DNA of 64,000 nt from Phycisphaeraceae bacterium (GTDB taxonomy: Bacteria > Planctomycetota > Phycisphaerae > Phycisphaerales > UBA1924): NCBI GenBank assembly GCA_019636655.1, contig JAHBXB010000002.1:72537-136536 (forward strand), given 5' to 3'. A program made the translations under genes and the position numbers. Under the pieces are notes generated by a model. It searched no databases and had not been told where the DNA came from. It saw only the letters and a program-made list of their open reading frames with translations. Below, piece after piece: positions 18,222 through 26,121 of the stretch (positions within the stretch are counted from its first letter, which is position 1; every line of letters begins with the position of its first letter).

Positions 18222-19127
18222 TCAGGTAGTGAAGAGGCCGCGGAGTTCGGCGGCGAAGGTGTTTGCCGCGGCGGCGACGGAGGCCGCCCAGCCGGGGTCA
18301 GTGGGGTCGAAGGCATAGATGACCGATCGGCTCGCGGTGATGAGCACGCCGGCGTCGCCGGGGGAACGGCGGCCCGGGCGGAGCAGGGCGCGGCAGTCGT
18401 TGAGGGTGCCGCCCTGGGCGCCGTAGCCGGGAACGAGGAAGACCTGGTTGGGCATCCGGGCGCGGAGTGCGCGTCCGTCGGCGGCCTTGGTCGCGCCGAC
18501 GACGGCGCCGAGATCGGAGAGGCCGCGAGAACCGGTGCGTGAGGCGCCAAGGCCAGCGACGAGATCGCCCATCATCTCCGCGACGGTGCGGCCGTCGACA
18601 AGTCGCTGGGACTGCACAGCGTCCGAGCCGGGGTTGGAGGTGCGGACGAGGACGAAGGCGCCGTGGCCGGGCGCGAGAAAGGGGTCGATGGTGTCGGGGC
18701 CGAGGTAGCCGTTGATGGTGATGGCGTCGGCTCCGGCGGAGGTCGAGGCGGCGGCGTAGTGGTCGGCGGAGATGCCGATGTCGCCCCGCTTGGCGTCGAG
18801 GACGACGATGAGGCCAAGGTCGCGGGCCCGGTGGATGAGGGCAGTAAGGACGTTGAGACCGGGGGCGTGGTACCGCTCGAAGCACGCGGACTGGAGCTTG
18901 ACGACGGCGACGGAAGGGGCGATCGCATCGAGGACGGCGAGGCCGTAGGCGCGGAGGACTTCGACGGGGTCGGCGGGACCGGTCGGGGCGGGGCGGAGGG
19001 CGAGCGGGAGCTTCTCGAGGACGGGATCAAGCCCGACGCAGGCCGGGGAGCCGACGCGGTCGAGGGCCGCGGCGAGGCGGTCGGAGAAGTGCCCGGCGGC
19101 ATGACAGGTCGCGGCGTGGCTGGACAT
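18222..19127 (-). CDS. pyrF: Orotidine 5'-phosphate decarboxylase (type 2)
   Basis: FSDRLAAAL...CVGLDP, VKLQSACFE, LDAKRGDIG. The ATG at 19127 is preferred over the track's TTG at 19151. Confidence 0.85.
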   Translation of the reverse strand: MSSHAATCHAAGHFSDRLAAALDRVGSPACVGLDPVLEKLPLALRPAPTGPADPVEVLRAYGLAVLDAIAPSVAVVKLQSACFERYHAPGLNVLTALIHRARDLGLIVVLDAKRGDIGISADHYAAASTSAGADAITINGYLGPDTIDPFLAPGHGAFVLVRTSNPGSDAVQSQRLVDGRTVAEMMGDLVAGLGASRTGSRGLSDLGAVVGATKAADGRALRARMPNQVFLVPGYGAQGGTLNDCRALLRPGRRSPGDAGVLITASRSVIYAFDPTDPGWAASVAAAANTFAAELRGLFTT

Positions 19128-19153
19128 GGGGGCAGCATAGCGTTTGGACAACG

Positions 19154-19498
19154 ATGGACGCCCCGCGCCGACTGGACCTGAAGAAAGACCGCGGCCTGAC
19201 CGTTGAGTGGGCCGATGGTGCGACGTCGTACTACTCGATCGCGTATCTGCGGCGGATGTCCCCCTCGGCGGAGCAGCAGGAGATCCGCAAGGAGATGGCG
19301 AAGAACCCGCTGACCGTGTTGCCGGCCTCGACGGGAACGTCCGGCGGAGCCCTGACGGCGCTGACCGCCGAACTGGTGGGGAACTACGCGGTGCGCATCC
19401 GCTTCAGCGACGGGCACGACACGGGGATCTACTCGTGGGCGTACCTCCGCGAGATCGACCCGGTGAATGCGGAGAAGCGGGCAAACCCGCCGGGGTAG
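19154..19498 (+). CDS. DUF971 family protein (gamma-butyrobetaine hydroxylase-like N-terminal domain)
   Basis: LTVEWADGATSYYSIAYLRR.SPSAE...YAVRIRFSDGHDTGIYSWAYLRE. Confidence 0.7.
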   Translation: MDAPRRLDLKKDRGLTVEWADGATSYYSIAYLRRMSPSAEQQEIRKEMAKNPLTVLPASTGTSGGALTALTAELVGNYAVRIRFSDGHDTGIYSWAYLREIDPVNAEKRANPPG

Positions 19499-19621
19499 CG
19501 CGTCTGCGAGTAACGATCGCGGCCGGGCGACCCTGATACACTTTGGACGCTGCGGTCACAGCCCTCTTTGGATCTGTCCCCCACTCACGCTTCCCGATCC
19601 CGGGCGCGCCAAGGTGATGCC

Positions 19622-21193
19622 ATGTTCGAACGACTCTCCGACGGGTTCTCGTCCGTTCTCCGCAAACTCTCGGGCAAGGGCTCGATCTCGGAATCCAACG
19701 TCAGCGAGGCGATGGAGGATGTGCGGCGGGCGCTGCTGGAGGCGGACGTCAATGTCGACGTCGTCGACACGTTCTGCGAGCGGGTGATGTCCGATGCCGT
19801 CGGGCGGGAGGTGACCAAGAGCCTCAAGCCGGGCCAGGAGATGATCGGCATCGTCCACGAGCGGCTGGTGGAACTGCTGGGCGGGAATCCCGGCGCGGCG
19901 GCCGCGGAACTCGCGGCGATGACGGGGGCGGCAGGGCCGGGGAGCGCGGCGGGGCAGGCGGGAATGGGGGCGCCCGAGCCGGGGATCATGCGGGTCTCGC
20001 CGGGGCCGACGATCGTGATGATGTGCGGCCTGCAGGGCTCGGGGAAGACGACCACGTGCGGGAAGCTTGCCGCGTACCTCAAGAAGCGGGGGCGGTCGGT
20101 GATGGTCGCGGCGGCGGACCTGCAGCGGCCGGCGGCGGTGGAGCAGCTGCAGACCGTGACGGAGCAGGTGCGGAGCGAGGCGCCGGGCTCGGCGGCGGTG
20201 GAGTTCTACGGCGAGCCGGACAAGTGCGCGGAGTACGGCAAGGCGGTCGGCGTGGCCGTGGGCGTGTGCCAGCGGGCGCTGGCGGAGGCCCGCAAGAAGA
20301 ACATCGACACGCTGATCCTGGACACGGCGGGGCGGTTGCACGTCAACGACGCGCTGATGGAGGAACTGAACCAGGTCAACCGCACACTGCGGCCGCACCA
20401 GATCCTGCTCGTCGTGGACGCGATGACGGGGCAGGACGCCGTGAACTCGGCCAAGGCGTTCCACGAGCGGCTGGAGGTAGACGGGGTCGTCCTGACCAAG
20501 TTCGACTCGGACACCCGTGGCGGGGCTGCGATCTCGGTGAAGCACATCACGGGGGCGCCGATCAAGTTCATCGGCGTCGGCGAGAAGCTCGATGCGCTCG
20601 AGGAGTTCCACGCGGAGCGCATCGCGGGGCGCATCCTGGGGATGGGGGACGTGGTGTCGCTGGTCGAGAAGGCGAGGCAGGAGGTCTCCGACGAGGAAGC
20701 GGAGAAGCTCACCGAGAAGATGGCGAAGGGCGAGATGACAATGGACGACTTCCTCGGCCAGTTGCGGACGCTCCGGCGGATGGGCCCGCTGAAGCACCTG
20801 CTGGGGCTGCTGCCGGGGGTAGGCGGAGCGCTGAAGGACGTGCACATCGACGACAAGCAGCTGGACCGGGTGGAAGCGATCGTGCACTCGATGAACAAGC
20901 AGGAACGGAAGACGCCGTCGGTGCTGAACAACTCGAGGCGCCGGCGGATCGCCGCGGGCTCCGGGGCGTCGCAGGACGAGGTCGGTCAACTGGCAAAGCA
21001 GTTCGACACGATCAACACGCTGGCGCGGCAGATGGGCTCGCTGAACACGGCGGCGCGGGTGAAGGCGGTGAAGGAGATGGGCAAGACGGGGATGGCGGGG
21101 ATGATGCCCGGCGTGGCGGGGCTGCCGGGGTTCAGAACAAAGGGCTCGACGGCGATGCCGAGCGTGAAGAGCCGGTTCAAGAAGAGGCGGTAG
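19622..21193 (+). CDS. ffh: Signal recognition particle protein Ffh
   Basis: MFERLSDGF..., GLQGSGKTT, DTAGR, TKFD, and a Met-rich M domain. AAGGTGA lies upstream of the ATG at 19622. Confidence 0.95.
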   Translation: MFERLSDGFSSVLRKLSGKGSISESNVSEAMEDVRRALLEADVNVDVVDTFCERVMSDAVGREVTKSLKPGQEMIGIVHERLVELLGGNPGAAAAELAAMTGAAGPGSAAGQAGMGAPEPGIMRVSPGPTIVMMCGLQGSGKTTTCGKLAAYLKKRGRSVMVAAADLQRPAAVEQLQTVTEQVRSEAPGSAAVEFYGEPDKCAEYGKAVGVAVGVCQRALAEARKKNIDTLILDTAGRLHVNDALMEELNQVNRTLRPHQILLVVDAMTGQDAVNSAKAFHERLEVDGVVLTKFDSDTRGGAAISVKHITGAPIKFIGVGEKLDALEEFHAERIAGRILGMGDVVSLVEKARQEVSDEEAEKLTEKMAKGEMTMDDFLGQLRTLRRMGPLKHLLGLLPGVGGALKDVHIDDKQLDRVEAIVHSMNKQERKTPSVLNNSRRRRIAAGSGASQDEVGQLAKQFDTINTLARQMGSLNTAARVKAVKEMGKTGMAGMMPGVAGLPGFRTKGSTAMPSVKSRFKKRR

Positions 21194-21211
21194 TCGGCGC
21201 GAGGACGGACC

Positions 21212-22528
21212 CTATCGCTTCTCTCCTTCGCTGATCGGCAGGGCGTCGCTCGCCCTGCCCTCGACCCACGCGCGGACGCGCGGCCAGAAGACCTCCCGCA
21301 GCAGGATGCGGATGCAGGCGCCGACCGGGATGGCGACCAGGACGCCGTAGAACCCGCCGAGGACGCCGCCGGCGATCGACGAGAAGAGGATCGTCGGCGT
21401 CGCGAGCCCGGTGGTCTGGCCCTGGATGGCGGGGTTGAGGACGTAGTCGTCGAGCATCTGGCAGATCAGCCAGACGATGAGCGGGCCGACGATCGCCCAC
21501 CACCACGCGTGGACCAGGGCGCCCGCCGGGTCCATCCACATCGCCACCGCGGCAAGGGGGACGCTGAGGAACGACGCGTACGGCACGAGGCAGAGCACGC
21601 CGACCACCGGCCCGAGGATCAGAGGCACCGGTACGCCGATGATCCAGTAGGCGACGATCACGAATCCGGCGAGGATCGCGCAGATCGTCAGGCGGCCGCG
21701 GACGAAGCCGGCGATGACGACGTCCATCTTGATCGCGAGGTCGACGACGCGGCTGCGCTTGCGGTCGGGGATGAGCCCCTCCCAGAACTCGAGCACCGCG
21801 CCCCAGCCGGTGCAGAAGTAGAAGAAGAAGAACGCGGTGAGAAGCCCCTGGAAGATAAGTTTGCCGACGGAGAAGAACCCGCGGGCGACAACGCCGACGG
21901 CGGTGGCCCCGGTGCCCAGCGCCTGCTTGCTGAGGGCCTCGCCGTTGGCCTGCACCCACTGGATGCCCCAATCGACGGCCTGGGTAAGGGTGGACTTCTC
22001 GGCGGCCTCCGGGCCCTCGGCCTTCCTCTTGGCGGCCTCGGCGTTCTCAGTGCGGATGCGGGCGGCGACGGCCTGCCAGCCCTGCGGCAGCGCGGTCATG
22101 GCGACGTCGTCGGCGCCCGGTTCGATGGCCTTGCGGAGCAGACCGACGTTGCGGTCGAGCGACTGCACGAGTTTGAAGCTCTGGGCCGCGGCGAAGGTGA
22201 TCCCGAGCGTGAGCGGCACGACGACAATGACCGCCGCGAACGCGATGATGCCGAGAGCAACTCCCGGGCGGCTGATGTGCCTCGACCGGATCGCACGCCG
22301 AACGACCGGTTCAAAGAGGTAGGCGAGCGCGATCGCCAGCAGCATCGGCACCGTCACGATGCTGAGCAGGTATCCGAGGTGAACGAGCCAGAGAACGCCG
22401 GCGATGAGCAGGACGTCCCGCACCGGCTGGAACTGCCAGAGGTGCATCGATCGCCAATCGCCGCGGACCGGAGGAGGCGTGACAGGCGTGGTTGGGTCGC
22501 CGGATGGGGGCGTGGGGCGGCTGGTCAT
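21212..22528 (-). CDS. AI-2E family (PerM/UPF0118) transporter
   Basis: 438 aa with about 8 TM segments in the typical AI-2E layout, including a large central loop. Confidence 0.8.
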   Translation of the reverse strand: MTSRPTPPSGDPTTPVTPPPVRGDWRSMHLWQFQPVRDVLLIAGVLWLVHLGYLLSIVTVPMLLAIALAYLFEPVVRRAIRSRHISRPGVALGIIAFAAVIVVVPLTLGITFAAAQSFKLVQSLDRNVGLLRKAIEPGADDVAMTALPQGWQAVAARIRTENAEAAKRKAEGPEAAEKSTLTQAVDWGIQWVQANGEALSKQALGTGATAVGVVARGFFSVGKLIFQGLLTAFFFFYFCTGWGAVLEFWEGLIPDRKRSRVVDLAIKMDVVIAGFVRGRLTICAILAGFVIVAYWIIGVPVPLILGPVVGVLCLVPYASFLSVPLAAVAMWMDPAGALVHAWWWAIVGPLIVWLICQMLDDYVLNPAIQGQTTGLATPTILFSSIAGGVLGGFYGVLVAIPVGACIRILLREVFWPRVRAWVEGRASDALPISEGEKR

Positions 22529-22597
22529 GCGGCCACACTACCGCAACACGGGCGGTGGCGAAAGTGATGAAGGGGGCGGGCGCGTCGGGGGGAGGGC

Positions 22598-22996
22598 TCA
22601 GCCCAGCATGGGCGCCGCAAAGGACTCATCGAAGTCGAAGACGTTCTGGAAGTCCTCGATGGTGTCGCGGCTGGAACTGCGGAGTTCGCCGCGATCGATC
22701 AGGGCGTAGACCATGGTGCCGAAGTCGCCGGTGGTGCGGATGCCCCAGTGGCTGAGCACCGTTCGGGCGAGCATCCCGTAGCGCTGGATGGCGAGGTCGC
22801 GGAGGCCGAGGCAGAGTTGTTGGCCGGAGACGTGCCGGCCCTCGTCGTTGGGATCGACCGGGCCATCGGGGACTTTGCCGTGGGCCATCTTGACGGTGTG
22901 GGTGAGCCCGTCGCGGATGAACTTGAAGGCTTCATCGGGGAAGTTGGCGGCGTGCGCCCGGATCGTCACCCAATCGACGTCGCTCTGGTTCTTCAC
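22598..22996 (-). CDS. Conserved hypothetical protein, Planctomycetes/Verrucomicrobia-restricted family (TIGR04138/Minf_1886-like, from memory)
   Basis: RHVSGQQLCLGLRDLAIQRYGMLARTVLSHWGIRTTGDFGTMVYALI. Start set to the GTG at 22996, with AGGAG 9 nt upstream. Confidence 0.5.
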   Translation of the reverse strand: MKNQSDVDWVTIRAHAANFPDEAFKFIRDGLTHTVKMAHGKVPDGPVDPNDEGRHVSGQQLCLGLRDLAIQRYGMLARTVLSHWGIRTTGDFGTMVYALIDRGELRSSSRDTIEDFQNVFDFDESFAAPMLG

Positions 22997-23157
22997 AGCA
23001 CGAAACTCCTGACGCGGAACCGTCCCTGGCAGACACCTGCGCGTAACTGTACCCCTCCAAAGGGGGGCGACAATCCCCACAACTCGATTTGCTGGGCCTG
23101 TTTAGCGCGGCGGCGGGCCGCTGGAATTCTCCCAATACAAAGGAACCGAACCGGACC

Positions 23158-23838
23158 TCAACCCGAACGCGGGGCCCGCCTGCCGGCCGGGCGAACCGGG
23201 CGATGGCTGACGTGGTCACTGACCGGATCGAACCACCTCAGCGGGGCACGGGCCCATTCATCGGCATTGCCCACGCCAATTCGTGCGGTATTCGTCAACG
23301 TCCTGGACCGGGCCGCGGCGGGGGGCCGCTCGATGAATAGGGCGGGGTGCTCGACCAGGTCCACACCGGAGAACTCCCGTTCGATGTCCATCGCCTGGCA
23401 GAGTTTCGCGGGACCGCTGCAGAGGGAGGTCGGAGCGTCAACCCCGCGGCGGGACCGCATGAAGTCCAGTCCCTCCAAGGGATGCAGGGCCCTGATGAGG
23501 ACCGCGACCGGCTCGTCGACTTGCCCGCAGACGGCATTCATGCAGTAGTGCATGCCGTAGGTGAAGTAGACGTAGGCGGTGCCGGGGGGGCCGTACATGG
23601 GCTCGGTGCGACGGGTTCGCCGACCGCCGCGGGCATGGGACGCCGTGTCGGGGGCGCCGAGATAGGCCTCGGTCTCGACGATGACGCCGGAGACCCTGAT
23701 CCCGCCGTGGAGCACCCGTACCAGGCGGCACCCGATGAGCCGCTGGGCGAGTTCGCCTGCAGTGGTCGCAAAGAAGCGGCGGTCGGCTCGGCCCCATGCA
23801 CGGATCCGGGGGGCCCGCGTGATGGACGTATCATTCAT
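23158..23838 (-). CDS. mpg: DNA-3-methyladenine glycosylase (Mpg/AAG family)
   Basis: IVETEAYLG..D.ASHA, GTAYVYFTYGMHYCMN, GPAKLCQAM. Trimmed to the ATG at 23838. Confidence 0.85.
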   Translation of the reverse strand: MNDTSITRAPRIRAWGRADRRFFATTAGELAQRLIGCRLVRVLHGGIRVSGVIVETEAYLGAPDTASHARGGRRTRRTEPMYGPPGTAYVYFTYGMHYCMNAVCGQVDEPVAVLIRALHPLEGLDFMRSRRGVDAPTSLCSGPAKLCQAMDIEREFSGVDLVEHPALFIERPPAAARSRTLTNTARIGVGNADEWARAPLRWFDPVSDHVSHRPVRPAGRRAPRSG

Positions 23839-24325
23839 GATGCCGGTCTGGGCGCGGGCCATCGTGTTTACCGTGCTGGTGCCGGGGACAGTCGCGGGGA
23901 TCCTGCCGGGTGTGATCATCGCCTTGACGGGCGCCCGGATCGGAACGCCGATCCGGTGGTGGGGCTGGGTCGGCATCGCGATGCTCGGCGCTGGTGCTTC
24001 ACTGTACGTGTGGACGGCGTCGCTGTTCGTCGCCAGGGGGCTGGGGACTCCGGCGCCGTGGGACGCTCCGCGCCGGCTGGTCACCACGGGACCCTACGCG
24101 ATCTCGAGGAACCCGATGTACGCCGCGGTGCTGGCGGTGATCGCCGGCGAGGCGCTGCTGGCCGGGTCCGTCTGGGTAGCGGTGTACGGCGCGGCGGTCT
24201 TCGTCGCGTTCTATGAGCGGACCGTGCGGTACGAGGAGCCGACGCTGCGCCGCGAGTTCGGCGCGGAGTTCGAGTCGTATTGCCGGCGCGTGGGGCGATT
24301 CATCGGGCGCGGGGGTCAGGCGTAG
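23822..24325 (+). CDS. Isoprenylcysteine carboxyl methyltransferase / phospholipid methyltransferase family membrane protein
   Basis: TTGPYAISRNPMYAAVL...EEPTLRREFG and 4-5 TM segments. The start could be 23822, 23837 or 23840. Confidence 0.7.
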   Translation: MDVSFMMPVWARAIVFTVLVPGTVAGILPGVIIALTGARIGTPIRWWGWVGIAMLGAGASLYVWTASLFVARGLGTPAPWDAPRRLVTTGPYAISRNPMYAAVLAVIAGEALLAGSVWVAVYGAAVFVAFYERTVRYEEPTLRREFGAEFESYCRRVGRFIGRGGQA

Positions 24326-26121
24326 GCATGCAGGCCGGGCAGGATGAGATTCACGCCGAAGTAGCACCAGAGCATGATGAAGAACCCCAGGACGCTGAGC
24401 CACGCGGTGATCAGCCCGCGGCTGCCGATGTTGGTCACGCGGATGTGCACGACGACGAGGTAGACGATCCATGTGATGAGGGCCCAGACCTCCTTGGGAT
24501 CGAAGCCCCACCACCGGCCCCAGGAGTGGTCCGCCCACCAGGCGCCCAGGAGGATGCCGACACCCAGGCACCAGAAGGCGAGTTGGAGGATGATCATCTG
24601 GGCCTTGTCGAGGTCGGCAAGGACCCGCTTGGGGCCCTTGGGCGCCTCGTCGTCGAGGCCGAGGGCCTGGGCCGAGAGGTCCACCACGCCGCCCGCGCCC
24701 GCGGCGGCGGGGGTGAGGGTGGCCTGGGTGCGGCGGCGCGTCGCGTAGTAGGTCGCGAGGTAGAACAGGCTGGTGATGAAACCCAGCGAGATGAGGCCGT
24801 AGGAGACAAGCACGGTCGTCACGTGGTACTTGAGCAGGACTGAGGTATTGAGGATCGCGGCCTCACGCTCGATGTTGACGCCGGGGATGTTGGTCTGCGT
24901 CGCGGTGATGAGGACCATGAAGCCCACGCCCGCGGCGGCGGCGCCGAAGAGCCACTGGCGCCTCAGCAGCATGATCGTGAGCCCGACAACGGTGGCGAAA
25001 AGGCTCAGGCCGGTCATCGATTCGAACTGGTTCTGGATGGCGAACCGCTCGGCGATGATGCAGCGCGAGACGAACCCGAAGGCGTGGAGGCCGACGGCGG
25101 CGATCAGCGTCGCGATGCCGAGGCCGGCGAGCCATCGGCGCGAGGTGCCGAAGGCGAGGATCAGCGAGACGAGCGAGAGGAAGTAGAGCCAGTAGCCCCA
25201 TTCGAAGGGGTTCGAGGCGTTGTACGCCAGTTCGAGCGATCGCTTCGAGCCCGGGTACACCTGGGGGTTAATCGTGGGGAGGTCCGCGGCGATGACCGAG
25301 GCGGCCGCCTTGACCCTCTCGGCGTCGCCGGCCCGCCACGCAGCGCCCATCTCCGCGAAGGCCCTGCGGACCGGCGAATCGGGCGGGAGTGCCCCGACGT
25401 GTTGCCAGGTGAGCGACGCGGACTCGGGCGCCACCATGTCGAGGTTGTGCCAGCCGTTGTGGTAGAGCGAGCGAGCCTCGACGAGGCTGCTGATGGCGCG
25501 GGCGTAGAGGTCCGGTCGTGTGTCCTGCTTGCGGGCCAGTTCGCCGCCAAAGAGTTCGATGACCTGCGGCTTGAGGCGTCCCTGCTTCTTCCACCATTCC
25601 TGCTCGTCGGCGTCGGTGTAGGCCTTCTTGATGAAGGCCTCGCGGAGCGGGAGGTAGTCGATGTAGAGGAGCGGCTTGTCCTCGTAGTAGACGGGATCGA
25701 TCGCCATGTCGAAGTAGGTGAAAAGCGGATCGTAGTGGGCGCGCGAGGCGTTGCCGTTGGACGTGGGGATCAGGTCGTAGTAGTTTTTGCGGCCGGCGAT
25801 GGCGCGGATCGACTCGCGAGAGAGGGTGTCAAGGATCTTCACGCGCCCCCGGTTGAAGACAGCCAGGTTCCGGAGCGGCTCGAGAGCGCCGGACGCTTGA
25901 AGTCGGTCGGCGAAGGCCTTCTTCGCGGCGGGGTCCATCTCCGCGCCGCCGGGGACCTGGCCAAAGGGGTTGCCGCCGGAGAAATCAGCGACCGCCTCGG
26001 TTTGCGGGTGCGCGTTGCCCGATGGCGGGGAGGACTGCGCCGGCGCCTGGGTGGGCAGGATGATCGCCGCGAGCAGCGAGGCAAGAGCGAGAACGCGGAG
26101 GGCGGGTCGGCTCGTGGTCAT
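24316..26121 (-). CDS. ccsA: Cytochrome c biogenesis protein CcsA/ResC (System II) with a large N-terminal periplasmic extension
   Basis: WWD-type motif WWADHSWGRWWGFDPKEVWA. Signal peptide at the ATG at 26121. ATGA overlap with the resB stop. Confidence 0.85.
   Translation of the reverse strand: MTTSRPALRVLALASLLAAIILPTQAPAQSSPPSGNAHPQTEAVADFSGGNPFGQVPGGAEMDPAAKKAFADRLQASGALEPLRNLAVFNRGRVKILDTLSRESIRAIAGRKNYYDLIPTSNGNASRAHYDPLFTYFDMAIDPVYYEDKPLLYIDYLPLREAFIKKAYTDADEQEWWKKQGRLKPQVIELFGGELARKQDTRPDLYARAISSLVEARSLYHNGWHNLDMVAPESASLTWQHVGALPPDSPVRRAFAEMGAAWRAGDAERVKAAASVIAADLPTINPQVYPGSKRSLELAYNASNPFEWGYWLYFLSLVSLILAFGTSRRWLAGLGIATLIAAVGLHAFGFVSRCIIAERFAIQNQFESMTGLSLFATVVGLTIMLLRRQWLFGAAAAGVGFMVLITATQTNIPGVNIEREAAILNTSVLLKYHVTTVLVSYGLISLGFITSLFYLATYYATRRRTQATLTPAAAGAGGVVDLSAQALGLDDEAPKGPKRVLADLDKAQMIILQLAFWCLGVGILLGAWWADHSWGRWWGFDPKEVWALITWIVYLVVVHIRVTNIGSRGLITAWLSVLGFFIMLWCYFGVNLILPGLHAYA

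Noticed and set aside
19127-19154. pyrF and the DUF971 gene appear separated by only 2 nt head-to-head in the track
   Set aside because: The track's pyrF start at 19151 is a TTG. The ATG at 19127 gives a normal type-2 PyrF N-terminus. The genes are still close, but this is only tight divergent packing.
23822-23838. An apparent 17-nt head-to-head overlap of the divergent mpg and methyltransferase start codons
   Set aside because: This is most likely a start-codon assignment ambiguity. The methyltransferase can start at the ATG at 23837 or 23840, which removes the overlap. It is not evidence of anything unusual.
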